From Chthonomonadales bacterium (GTDB taxonomy: Bacteria; Armatimonadota; Chthonomonadetes; Chthonomonadales; Chthonomonadaceae): a stretch of DNA of 55,231 nucleotides. Numbering within the stretch: the stretch's first letter is position 1; every line of letters begins with the position of its first letter. Location: NCBI GenBank assembly GCA_038217285.1, contig JBBQPO010000004.1, positions 1 through 55,231 on the forward strand, given 5' to 3'. Shown here piece by piece: positions 18,450 through 30,157 of this stretch. A model generated the notes under the pieces. It worked only from the letters and a program-made list of their open reading frames with translations. It was not told the origin of the DNA and ran no database searches. The translations under genes and the position numbers were made by a program.

Positions 18450-21400
18450 ATGACTCCCCATTGGAGACGTCATCTTCCCGAGTCATCGCCGCACATCCCC
18501 GTCGGTATCGTTACCGGAACCCTCATACGCATCTTGCTGGCAGCACTGCTTACCGTCGGCGCAATGGCGTCCGCCTTCGCCCAGGCCCGCCCGCAGATCG
18601 TATGGATGCGAGGCGCCAACGCCGGCGGCGTATCCCAGATCGCTCTCTCCCCGGACGGGCAGAACTTTGCGGTCTGCGGACACGACGGCACCACGAAAAT
18701 CCGCCGCATTTCCGACGGGATGCTTCTGGAGACCCTGGTCGACTATCCTGGCACTCTGCAAAGCCTCCAGACCAGCGCTCCCGCTGTGACCTCGATCGCG
18801 TATACTCCGGACGGAACCAAAATCGTCACCGGCAGCACTGGATCCGTGATTCAACTCTGGGATCTTTCGACCGGCCTCAGTATCCACACCTGGATAGCTC
18901 CTGCGTCCGTGAATTCGGTCGCCGTCTCGCCGGACGGCAAGACGCTTGCCGCCGCCATGACCACCCACGACATCCTCCTGTGGAATCTCGCGGACTTCTC
19001 GTCGGCCGGAACGCTTGGCGGCCATACGAGCAGTGTCAACGCCCTCGCTTTCTCTCCCGACAGCAAGAGACTCGCCTCGGCAAGTAGCGACGGCACAGTC
19101 CGCATCTGGGATGTCGCGACGACAGTGCAGGTCTGGAGCCTGACCGACGGCTCCAGCGTCGGCAGTGTCGCGTTCGCCGCCGATAATGTCACCGTCTGCT
19201 CGGGCGACACCAATGGCGATATCAAAGTCTGGAACACAACCACAGGCGGAGCGGCGCGGCGAACCATAACCGGTGCCTCCGGCGGTTTTGGAAGCCAGTC
19301 CGTCGCCCTCGCCATCTCGCATGACAGCACCCGCGTCACGGCCGGTTTCGCGCAAAGAGATACGAAGCTCCACAGTTGGAACATCAGCACGGGGGTCTCC
19401 GTGGGCGCCCCGGACACCACCTTCCCGATCTACGCGCTGGCCTACTCCTCCGATGGCTCGCAGGTCTACGTTTCAGACAATGCCGATAACGTGAGCGTCT
19501 GGAACGCCTCCGGTCTCACGGCTGCCGGAACCATACCTCCTCCGTTTCCCGGAAGCGTCGGCACCGTGGCGATAAACTCGGCAGGCACGACGCTTGCAAC
19601 CGGCTCCACAGACGGCCTGGTCAAGTTCTGGAATCCCCTGACGGGCGCTCTGACAAAGACGGTGGCGCCCACGTCCGCGACGCAGATAAACACGATCACC
19701 TTTTCGCGGGACGGCGCGCAGCTCGCGATCTCCGGACTTATCCCCGGCTCGTTCGGTAACTCCACCGGGATCGTCTGGATCTATAAACTCTCCGACAGCA
19801 CGTTTCGCCAGATCACCCTCTCCGCCAACTCCCTCGCCTTTAGTGCGGACGGCGCCCTGCTGGCAGCCGCCGTCGGCAATACGATCAACATCTACAACTC
19901 GGCGAATTTTGCGCTGGTTCACACCATTTCCGTCGGTTCGACCGTCGACTCAATCGTCATCTCGCCGGACGGTACGAAACTGGCTTCCGGCAGCGACGAC
20001 GGCAAAACAAGAATCTATGACTTTGCGACCTACAATCTCCTGCAAACCCTCTCCAATCACCCCAACAGAAGTGTGCGGGCCGTCTCCTTCTCGCCCGATA
20101 ACCTCTCTCTCGTCGACGCCTGCGACGACATGACAAGTGTCTTATCGCGCGTCGCCGATGGGATGACGCTTCATACCTTTACCCATACGGCTACGGTCGA
20201 GACGGCGGTCTTCTCGCCGGACGGTAAGCAGGTCACCACGGGCGACATAGATCGCCATCTCAAAATCTGGAACGCTTCCAGCGGATCTCTGCTCTACGAC
20301 TATGTCCTGGAGACCGGATCGATAGCGAGCGGGAACTCCGCTACAGGCGTGACCGATGTCGTCTACGCGCCGGATGGAAAACTTCTCGCCTACGGGCGCA
20401 GCGATGCCACCGTGGCAGTGGCGGCCAATCCGCTCTTTGTTCCCCTCATCACCGGGCTCACGCTGAACCCGACCAGCGTGGTCGGCGGCACCTCCACCAC
20501 CGGGACCGTCACGCTTAACAGCACCACCCTGGCGGGCGGGGCGGTGGTCAGCCTCTCCAGCGACAACCTCGGCGTCGCCTCTCTGCCGTTCGCCACCGTC
20601 ACCGTCCCCCAGGGCTCAGCGACCGCCACCTTCACGGTCAACACCAGCGGAGTGTCGTCTACGAGCGTCGCGAACATCACCGCGAGCCTTAGCGGCTCCT
20701 CGGCGTCGGCGGCGCTGACCGTCACACCGGCGACCCTCAGCGGCCTCACGGTCAGCCCGACCAGCGTACGCGGCGGACAGAACTCCACCGGCACGGTCTC
20801 CTTCACCGGTCCCGCTCCTGCGGGAGGAACGGTCGTCACGCTCGCCAGTAACAACGCCAACGCCTCCGTTCCCGCCTCCGTCAAGGTCGCCGCCGGATCC
20901 AGCAGCGCCACCTTCAGCATTACGACCAGCGTCGTCGGCGTCCAGAATATGGCGACGATCTCGGCAACCTTCGGCACGACCGCGCAGGCGAACCTGACGA
21001 TCACGCCGCCCATCGTCACCGCCCTCTCGACCTCTCCGGCCAACCTCAAGGGCGGCCTGGGCTCTACCGGCACCGTGACCATCAGCGACCCCGCGCCCAG
21101 CGGAGGCATCCTCGTCCTACTCTCCAGCAACAACATCCCCGTCGCGAGCACGGTCGCCTCGGTGACCGTCGCGGCGGGAGCGACCACGGCCACCTTCGCC
21201 ATCACGACCCATACAGTCAGCGCCATCACCGGCGTCACCTTCACCGGCACATTCAATGGCTCCAGCCAGACGACCGTCCTGACCGTCACTCCACCGACCC
21301 TCACCTCCCTGACGCTGAGCCCCGCCAGTGTGAAAGGCAGCAAGACATCGACGGGCACCGTCACCCTCAGCGACCCGGCGCCCAGCGACGGCGTCGTCGT

Positions 21401-22625
21401 CACCCTGGCGAGCGGCAATGCCGCCGTGACCCTGCCGGCCTTGGTGACGGTCGCCTCGGGCAGCGCCACCGCGACCTTCACCGCCAACACCACGCCGGTG
21501 CCTGCCGACACCGACGTCACGCTGACCGCGAGCTTCAACAACCAGAACCAGACCGCCGTGCTGACCGTTCAAGCGCCCTCCCTGGTCTCCTTGGTCCTCA
21601 ACCCGGCCAGCGTTCGGGCGCTCAACTTCTCGTCCGGTACCGTCACGCTGGATGTCCCCGCACCCTCTGCGGGGACCACCGTCTCCCTGAACAGCCAGAA
21701 CACCACTGAGGCGACCGTCCCTGCCTCGGTAAAGGTGTCTGCCGGTCAGACCACGGCGACCTACCCGGTCGCCAGCCGCCGCGTGACGCAGAACACCACC
21801 GTGACGCTCACCGCGACACTATCGGGCATCGTGAAGAGCGCCGACCTGGCGATCACTCCGCACCTGCCATTCGACTTCGACAACGATGGATACAACGATC
21901 TGGTGTTCCAGACCAACAACACCGGCCTGATCGCGGTCTGGTTTATGAATGGCCTTTCGGTCCTGGGCGGCAGTACGGTCGATACGCTGCCGCAAGCGGG
22001 CTGGAAGGTGGTAGGCGTTGGGGACTTCGATCACTCCGGCACCCCGGATCTGGTGCTTCAGAACCAGACGAGCGGGCGCGTGGTGATCTGGTATCTAAAC
22101 GGCACGACGCTGCTGGGCGGAGAAGAGACGTCGTTCCCACCCGGCGCAGACTATAAGGTGGTGGGAGTAGCGGACTTCAACAACGACGGTTGGCCCGACC
22201 TCCTGTTCCAGAACCAGACGAATGGCCAGATCGTGGTCTGGTTTATGAACGGCAGCCAGGTCGTGGGAGGGGCGGTGCTTCCGACCCAACCCTTCGCGGG
22301 GTACAAAGTGGTGGGAGTGGGCGACTTCAACAAGGATGGTCAGCCCGACATCCTGTTCCAGAACGAGGCCAACAATCAGGTGGTGGTCTGGTATATGAAC
22401 GGGATCGCGTTCAGTGGAGGCGGAGCCATCTCCTACTTCCCCCCCTCGGTATGGCAGGTGAAGGGAGTCGCCGACTACAATAACGACGGCTGGCCCGACA
22501 TCGTGTTCCAGAACAGCAGCACCCGTCAGGTGATCACCTGGTTCATGAACGGTCTGACGGTGACGGGGGGCGACCTGATCACCACCCAGCCCCCGTCCCC
22601 CTACCTCCTCGTAGGACCGCACTGA
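18450..22625 (+). CDS. Large secreted protein: WD40 beta-propellers, five Thr/Ser-rich Ig-like repeats, five FG-GAP/VCBS repeats
   Basis: Signal-like ILLAALLTVGAMASAFA; GHTSSVNALAFSPDSKRLASASSDGTVRIWD; LTLxPxSVxGG..STGTVT x5; DFxxDGxPDxxF x5. Confidence 0.9.
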   Translation: MTPHWRRHLPESSPHIPVGIVTGTLIRILLAALLTVGAMASAFAQARPQIVWMRGANAGGVSQIALSPDGQNFAVCGHDGTTKIRRISDGMLLETLVDYPGTLQSLQTSAPAVTSIAYTPDGTKIVTGSTGSVIQLWDLSTGLSIHTWIAPASVNSVAVSPDGKTLAAAMTTHDILLWNLADFSSAGTLGGHTSSVNALAFSPDSKRLASASSDGTVRIWDVATTVQVWSLTDGSSVGSVAFAADNVTVCSGDTNGDIKVWNTTTGGAARRTITGASGGFGSQSVALAISHDSTRVTAGFAQRDTKLHSWNISTGVSVGAPDTTFPIYALAYSSDGSQVYVSDNADNVSVWNASGLTAAGTIPPPFPGSVGTVAINSAGTTLATGSTDGLVKFWNPLTGALTKTVAPTSATQINTITFSRDGAQLAISGLIPGSFGNSTGIVWIYKLSDSTFRQITLSANSLAFSADGALLAAAVGNTINIYNSANFALVHTISVGSTVDSIVISPDGTKLASGSDDGKTRIYDFATYNLLQTLSNHPNRSVRAVSFSPDNLSLVDACDDMTSVLSRVADGMTLHTFTHTATVETAVFSPDGKQVTTGDIDRHLKIWNASSGSLLYDYVLETGSIASGNSATGVTDVVYAPDGKLLAYGRSDATVAVAANPLFVPLITGLTLNPTSVVGGTSTTGTVTLNSTTLAGGAVVSLSSDNLGVASLPFATVTVPQGSATATFTVNTSGVSSTSVANITASLSGSSASAALTVTPATLSGLTVSPTSVRGGQNSTGTVSFTGPAPAGGTVVTLASNNANASVPASVKVAAGSSSATFSITTSVVGVQNMATISATFGTTAQANLTITPPIVTALSTSPANLKGGLGSTGTVTISDPAPSGGILVLLSSNNIPVASTVASVTVAAGATTATFAITTHTVSAITGVTFTGTFNGSSQTTVLTVTPPTLTSLTLSPASVKGSKTSTGTVTLSDPAPSDGVVVTLASGNAAVTLPALVTVASGSATATFTANTTPVPADTDVTLTASFNNQNQTAVLTVQAPSLVSLVLNPASVRALNFSSGTVTLDVPAPSAGTTVSLNSQNTTEATVPASVKVSAGQTTATYPVASRRVTQNTTVTLTATLSGIVKSADLAITPHLPFDFDNDGYNDLVFQTNNTGLIAVWFMNGLSVLGGSTVDTLPQAGWKVVGVGDFDHSGTPDLVLQNQTSGRVVIWYLNGTTLLGGEETSFPPGADYKVVGVADFNNDGWPDLLFQNQTNGQIVVWFMNGSQVVGGAVLPTQPFAGYKVVGVGDFNKDGQPDILFQNEANNQVVVWYMNGIAFSGGGAISYFPPSVWQVKGVADYNNDGWPDIVFQNSSTRQVITWFMNGLTVTGGDLITTQPPSPYLLVGPH

Positions 22626-22643
22626 GGAGCCTCGTGCCGTGCG

Positions 22644-22716
22644 GAGCCGCTCCTATCCAGCCGTACGGCCTGGTGGGAGCGGCTCTCCGCTGCGCCTCCC
22701 ACAAAGTGGAGGCGCA
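22644..22716. repeat. Tandem GC-rich hairpins (REP-like / terminator)
   Basis: GAGCCGCTCC (22644-53) / GGAGCGGCTC (22676-85) with inner palindrome GCCGTACGGC; TGCGCCTCC (22691-99) / GGAGGCGCA (22708-16). Confidence 0.6.
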
Positions 22717-22893
22717 CTGTTTTGGAAGCGCATGCAGTGCCGTTTTGTATCGATCCAATATGTAGATGCTCCTGGATACATTCGTCCCCCTCCTCCTCCT
22801 TTGCACACCTTTTGAACAATCGAATTTTTATTTCGTCTTCAAAGCCAATTAACCGCTTTCCAACGTCTCAAGTTCACTTCAAAAGGATGCGCT

Positions 22894-24957
<2,064 letters not shown>

Positions 24958-25027
24958 ACGCGCGCCTGACACAGCTCACGACTTTTGCATTCGACCGGAA
25001 TCGGTTCTTCAACGAAAAGAGACTATC

Positions 25028-26407
25028 ATGGACATAACACGCCGTTTGTTTCTCAAAAACGGAGGCATCGCGCTCGCCTCTGTCGGTTTCGCGCCCGTGC
25101 TCGGCCCGGCGTTTCTGCGGCAGGCCGCCTTTGGCGCGGAGATCGACGCCCAGAAGCGCAAGAAAACACTCGTCTGCATCTTCCAGCGCGGCGCGGCGGA
25201 CGGCCTGAACATCGTCGTGCCGCACGGCGATCCCGATCTCTATCGTCTGCGTCCCAGCCTCGCGGTTCCCCGGCCTTCCGCCGGAAAGGCCGGCGCCGCG
25301 CTGGATCTGGACGGCTTCTACGGCCTGCATCCCGCACTCGCGCCGTTCCTGCCCATCTACAAGGCCGGGCATCTGGCGGCGGTACACGCCTGCGGCTCAC
25401 CGGACGGCACCCGTTCGCACTTCGACGCGCAGGACTATATGGAGTCCGGCACACCGGGCAGCAAGCGCGTCTCCGACGGCTGGCTGTCGCGCACGGTGCT
25501 GGCCTGCCCGGAAGATCAGGCCAAGCTGGCGGCGGCGAAGGCAGGCAGCCCGTTCCGCGCCGTGGCTCTGGGCGGCGATCATGGCCTGCCGCGGAGCCTG
25601 CAGGGCGATGCGGGCGCGCTCGCCATTCCCGACCTGAAAACATTCGGCGTCGGACTTCCGGATGTGGCCGCCAAGGGCAAGGGGCGACGACAGGCGGCTG
25701 GAGGAGGCGCAGCGATGGACAACGCTGCCGCGGTGGCTGCGGCCCACCGGAACTCGGTCGTGGACGGCTTCGAGACGCTCTACGACAGCACCGTCGGCGA
25801 TGTGCTGCACGGCACTGGTAAGGAGAGCTTTGAGGCGATCGCCATGCTGAAAAAGGCCAATCCTGGAACCTACACGCCCGCCAATGGCGCCGTCTATCCG
25901 AACGGTCGGTTCGGCGATTCGCTGAAGCAGATCGCCCAGCTTATCAAGGCCGATGTGGGCGTGGAGGTGGCGTTCGCCGAAATGGGCGGGTGGGACACCC
26001 ACGTCAACGAAGGGCCGCGCCTGACGCAGCAGTTGCGGGAGTTTGGGCAGGGCGTCGCCGCACTCTATCAAGACCTGGGCGACCGGATGAGCGATGTGGT
26101 GATTCTGACCATGAGCGAGTTCGGACGCACCGCGCGCCAGAACGGCAACAACGGCACCGACCACGGCCACGCCACCTGCTTCTTCGCGCTCGGCGGCGAC
26201 GTGAACGGCGGCAAAGTGCTGGGAAAATGGCCAGGCCTGGCCGACGGTCAGTTGTACGAAAACCGCGATCTGGCGCTGACCACGGACTTCCGCGCCGTGT
26301 TCGGCGAGACAGCGCTGAAGCATCTCGGCGCGCAGGGCCTGCAGCGCGTCTTCCCCGGCTATGCCGGAACGACCGCCGACTTCCGAGGCGTCCTGCGCAC
26401 CGCGTAG
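25028..26407 (+). CDS. DUF1501 family protein, Tat-exported
   Basis: TRRLFLK Tat motif, IFQRGAADGLN, RSHFDAQDYME, GGWDTH, SEFGRT, GTDHGH. Confidence 0.95.
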   Translation: MDITRRLFLKNGGIALASVGFAPVLGPAFLRQAAFGAEIDAQKRKKTLVCIFQRGAADGLNIVVPHGDPDLYRLRPSLAVPRPSAGKAGAALDLDGFYGLHPALAPFLPIYKAGHLAAVHACGSPDGTRSHFDAQDYMESGTPGSKRVSDGWLSRTVLACPEDQAKLAAAKAGSPFRAVALGGDHGLPRSLQGDAGALAIPDLKTFGVGLPDVAAKGKGRRQAAGGGAAMDNAAAVAAAHRNSVVDGFETLYDSTVGDVLHGTGKESFEAIAMLKKANPGTYTPANGAVYPNGRFGDSLKQIAQLIKADVGVEVAFAEMGGWDTHVNEGPRLTQQLREFGQGVAALYQDLGDRMSDVVILTMSEFGRTARQNGNNGTDHGHATCFFALGGDVNGGKVLGKWPGLADGQLYENRDLALTTDFRAVFGETALKHLGAQGLQRVFPGYAGTTADFRGVLRTA

Positions 26408-26422
26408 TCCTTCTCGGCGGAA

Positions 26423-26464
26423 ATCCGGAGACCCTGGCGCCTTACTCTGCTAGGGTCTCCGGAT
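26423..26464. terminator. Hairpin between convergent genes
   Basis: ATCCGGAGACCCTGGC (26423-38) / GCTAGGGTCTCCGGAT (26449-64): 16-bp stem with one G-U pair. Confidence 0.6.
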
Positions 26465-26857
26465 CGGCTGTCGGCAGCCGTAGGTGAGGGAGCGCCAGAG
26501 CCACTCGACAGGGCCGAACCGATAGCGCCTCAGCCACCAGCAGCTCAACGCCAACTGAACAGCGTAGAGCGCCACCCCAACCCCAACCCCGACCGCCGCC
26601 GATCCGATCCGTCCTGCCAGGCCCAGCCCATATCCATAGAAGAGCAGCAGGGCGATGCCTACGTCCACGGCGCGGTCTGCCCCGTTGAGATCGGTATGGA
26701 AGGTCAGGAGGTGCTGCGCAAGCGGGATCCGAAAATCGCTTAATAGGTTGACCAACAGCACCCCCAGCAAAGCCACTCCCCTTAGGATATCGAGCACGAC
26801 GAAACGCTGTGCCTGGGCGACAGGCTGCCAGGCGCGCCCCTCTTCCGGATCTGTCAT
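26450..26857 (-). pseudogene. DUF418/YeiB-family gene with large in-frame internal deletion
   Basis: N-terminal motif RFVVLDILRGVALLGVLLVN joined almost directly to the C-terminal FYGYGLGL...WLRRYRFGPVEWLWRSLTYG; 135 aa versus roughly 400 aa typical for the family. Confidence 0.7.
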
Positions 26858-26944
26858 AGCGTCTCTCCGCTCCCTCCTGCTCTCCTCTCAAGGTGAGGAG
26901 ATACCTTTTGTCAAGAATACCCACAGCGTTAGTCGAGAAATAAC

Positions 26945-26973
26945 TTGACAACGACGGTTTATCTGTATATACT
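26945..26973 (+). promoter_or_regulatory. Sigma70-type promoter of the sugar-catabolism operon
   Basis: TTGACA (26945-50), 17-bp spacer, TATACT (26968-73). Confidence 0.75.
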
Positions 26974-27072
26974 CGATGAAATCAGGTTTGAGGAGAGATA
27001 CACACGGCCTCTGGACACACTGTCGGCAAGTGGCCGAGCCGTATAGCCGGCATACAGCGGAAAGGAAATCCT

Positions 27073-28560
27073 ATGAAACATCTGCACACAGAGGTGCAAG
27101 CGTTTCTCGCCGCACAGCCCAGGCGACTCTTTATCGGCGGCAAGTGGGAAAAAGCAGCGAGTGGGAAGACCCTCGAAGTAAGGGATCCAGGGAATGGCCG
27201 GGTGATCGCGCATCTTGCGGCCGGAGACGCTGCGGACGTTGATCGGGCTGTGAGGGCTGCGCGCGAAGCGTTCCGCAAGAGCGGATGGGCCACGATGCCA
27301 GCCAACGACAGAGCGGTCGTTCTCCACCGATTGGCGGACCTCATCGACAAGCATCGGGAGGTTCTCGCACAGCTCGAATCCCTGGACGTCGGTAAGCCGG
27401 TGGCGCAGGCGCTGACGTTCGATATCCCCAATGTGGCGCAGACTTTGCGTTACTACGCTGACCTCTCTGTCCAGACACGTCGCGCCGAGCCCATCGCAGT
27501 TTCCGGCTTCGACGCGCGCTCCCTGCGTGTACCCTACGGAGTCTGTGCCTTCATCATTCCCTGGAACTTCCCGTTGCTGCTCGTCGGCTGGGGAGTCTCC
27601 CCCGCTCTGGCGGCAGGCAACACCGTCGTCATCAAGCCCCCGGAAGACGCCTCCCTGACCGCCCTCTATTTCTGCGATCTGGCCCAGGAAGCAGGGGTGC
27701 CGGACGGCGTCATCAATGTTGTGACAGGGCTTGGTGAGGAGGCCGGAGCGGCGCTGGCACAGCATACCGACATCAACCGCATGTCGTTTACAGGCTCACC
27801 GGAAGTCGGACGGCTGATCGCCGAGGCGTGCGGGCGCAACCTCGTGCCGGTCAAACTGGAGCTCGGCGGCAAGGGCGCGGCCATCCTGTTCGACGATATC
27901 GATGTCGAGGGGGCAGCGCAGGCTCTGTCCGGGGCTATCACCATGAATTCCGGCCAGGTCTGTTGTACCGCAACGCGCTGGATCGTTCATGAAAAGGTCA
28001 TGGATCGTTTTGTCGACGCCGCCCGGGAGATCCTGTCGCGCACGAAGATAGGACATGGACTGGATCCCACATCGCAGATGGGGCCGGTGATCAGCGAGAA
28101 GCAGCGCCGCCGGGTGTTGGGTTATCTCGAACGCGGGGAGCAGGAGGGCGCGGACGTGCTGTTGCGTGGTGGCGCGGTGGAAGCGACCGGATGTGAGGAC
28201 GGTTACTATGTGAAACCCTCGCTTTTGGGTGGCAGGTCGGATAATATCTGTGCGCGGGACGAGGTTTTCGGCCCGTTCGCCTACGTCATGTCCTTCTCGG
28301 AAGAGGACGAGGGGATCGCCCTGGTCAATCTCTCGAACTACGGCCTGGCGAACAGCGTCTGGTCTGCCGATCTGACCCGCGCCAACCGTGTCGCAGAAGC
28401 GATGGCAGCGGGCAATAGCTGGATCAACGCCCACAACGTCTTCGCGCACGGCATCCCCTACGCAGGCTGCAATCTCAGCGGCATGGGGGGAGGCGTTCTG
28501 GGGCCGGAGACGCTCCTGGACTACCTCCGCCCCCAGTCGATTGTCAGACCCATCCTATGA
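27073..28560 (+). CDS. Aldehyde dehydrogenase
   Basis: IIPWNFP, FTGSPEVG, LELGGK, GQVCC, DEVFGP, YGLANSVWS. Confidence 0.95.
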   Translation: MKHLHTEVQAFLAAQPRRLFIGGKWEKAASGKTLEVRDPGNGRVIAHLAAGDAADVDRAVRAAREAFRKSGWATMPANDRAVVLHRLADLIDKHREVLAQLESLDVGKPVAQALTFDIPNVAQTLRYYADLSVQTRRAEPIAVSGFDARSLRVPYGVCAFIIPWNFPLLLVGWGVSPALAAGNTVVIKPPEDASLTALYFCDLAQEAGVPDGVINVVTGLGEEAGAALAQHTDINRMSFTGSPEVGRLIAEACGRNLVPVKLELGGKGAAILFDDIDVEGAAQALSGAITMNSGQVCCTATRWIVHEKVMDRFVDAAREILSRTKIGHGLDPTSQMGPVISEKQRRRVLGYLERGEQEGADVLLRGGAVEATGCEDGYYVKPSLLGGRSDNICARDEVFGPFAYVMSFSEEDEGIALVNLSNYGLANSVWSADLTRANRVAEAMAAGNSWINAHNVFAHGIPYAGCNLSGMGGGVLGPETLLDYLRPQSIVRPIL

Positions 28561-28673
28561 CAGGAAGACAGAGAGATACGAGCAGGAATGAAGGAAGGCA
28601 GGAAATTCCGGAGGAATAGAGGGGTGGAGTGCCGTAAAGTGGCGACCCTTTACGGAAGGCAGGAGGGGGAAGC

Positions 28674-29738
28674 GTGGTAACAGGGTATTTCCACCGGGTG
28701 GCGGAAGAGACACAGACGCGGTTCTGGATCAACAACCCGACGGGGGAGGAGATGGAGCAGGCGATCGCTGCGGGCGCGATCAGTTGCACGACGAATCCGA
28801 CTTACGGATCTAAGTTGACAAAGAGCGAGCCGGAATACATCTACCCTATCATCGACCGTGTGATGCGGGAGACTGCGGAGACTGCGGAGGCTACCGACAG
28901 GGTCTGTCAGGCGGTCACGGCGCGTCTCCTCGCCCGATTTCTGCCCCTTTACGAGCGGAGCGGCGGCACGGCGGGCTTCGTAACGATCCAGAGCGATCCA
29001 CGCCAGGATGAAAGCGCGCAGGCGATGGTGGATGCGGCATTGCGCTATCGTGCGCTTGGCCCCAACTTCATGGCGAAGATTCCGGTGACGGAGGCGGGCC
29101 TGAAGGCTATGGAGGCGCTGATAGGCGATAATATACCGCTCTGTGCGACGGAGGTTTTTTCAGTCTCGCAGGCTGTTGCGGTTTGCGAGATGTATGCGCG
29201 TATGGCCGGGAAGACCGGCAGGCGTCCTCCGTTTTATGTCACGCATATCACAGGTATCTTCGACGAGTACTTGGATAAGTTTGTCGAGGGGGGGGGCATC
29301 GCCATCTCGCAGGAAACGCTCGCCTGGGCAGGCGCGGCGGTCGCCCGTAGAGAGTACCGATTGCTAAAAGAGCGCGGCTTCCGCGCGACCATGCTGGGTG
29401 GGGGCGCGCGTTCCGCGAGGCATTTTACCGATTTCGTGGGCGGCGCGGTGCATATCACTATCAACTGGAGTACGGCGCGGGAACTGCTGACGGCGAACCG
29501 GCCGGTCGAGGCGCGCATGGATCTGGAGACGCCTCCTGACATCGTACGGGAGTTGCTGGAAAAGCTCCCGGACTTTCGTCTTGCCTGGGACGCGAACGCG
29601 CTGGCGGTGGAGGAGTTTGCGGACTACGGACCGGTGCAGCTTTTCCGAAACAACTTCATTACTGGCTATGAGCATCTCCTGAATGTCATCGCGACACGTC
29701 AGGCGGAAGCCGCCTTTGCCGCCATCGGCAGAGCGTAG
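28674..29738 (+). CDS. Transaldolase-fold (class I aldolase) protein, atypical
   Basis: CTTNPT, NFMAKIPVT (Schiff-base Lys), ATEVFSVSQA, EEFADYGPV. Confidence 0.8.
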   Translation: MVTGYFHRVAEETQTRFWINNPTGEEMEQAIAAGAISCTTNPTYGSKLTKSEPEYIYPIIDRVMRETAETAEATDRVCQAVTARLLARFLPLYERSGGTAGFVTIQSDPRQDESAQAMVDAALRYRALGPNFMAKIPVTEAGLKAMEALIGDNIPLCATEVFSVSQAVAVCEMYARMAGKTGRRPPFYVTHITGIFDEYLDKFVEGGGIAISQETLAWAGAAVARREYRLLKERGFRATMLGGGARSARHFTDFVGGAVHITINWSTARELLTANRPVEARMDLETPPDIVRELLEKLPDFRLAWDANALAVEEFADYGPVQLFRNNFITGYEHLLNVIATRQAEAAFAAIGRA

Positions 29739-29748
29739 GAGCAGAAGC

Positions 29749-30147
29749 ATGTTCAAAGGATTGGATCATATTGCCATACTCGTCGCGGACACCGAGGAGG
29801 CGTTGAAAGTCTATCGCGACCGCCTGGGTCTGCCGGTTTTGTTCAGTGAAGTCGTCAACGACGGTGCGGTGCGCCTGACCCATCTCGATCTGGGAAACAC
29901 GCAACTACAGCTTGTGCAGCCGCTGCTGGAGACACATCCGCTTTATGCCCGGTTACAGCAGCAAGGAGAGGGGCTGCATCACCTCTGTCTGGCTGTCGAG
30001 AATGTGGAGATCGCTATGGCGACGGCCGGGGAGAAAGGGCTAGGGATGGCGCAGGCGCGTCCTCATCAAGCGCCACGGGGCAAGCGCGCCGCCTTTCTCG
30101 ATCCGGCCTTCACGGGCGGCGTGCAGATAGAGATCACGGGCGCGTGA
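29749..30147 (+). CDS. VOC family, methylmalonyl-CoA epimerase-like
   Basis: LDHIAILV, LQLVQP, GEGLHHLCLAVENV, AFLDP..TGGVQIE. Confidence 0.85.
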   Translation: MFKGLDHIAILVADTEEALKVYRDRLGLPVLFSEVVNDGAVRLTHLDLGNTQLQLVQPLLETHPLYARLQQQGEGLHHLCLAVENVEIAMATAGEKGLGMAQARPHQAPRGKRAAFLDPAFTGGVQIEITGA

Positions 30148-30157
30148 GGAGCCGACG

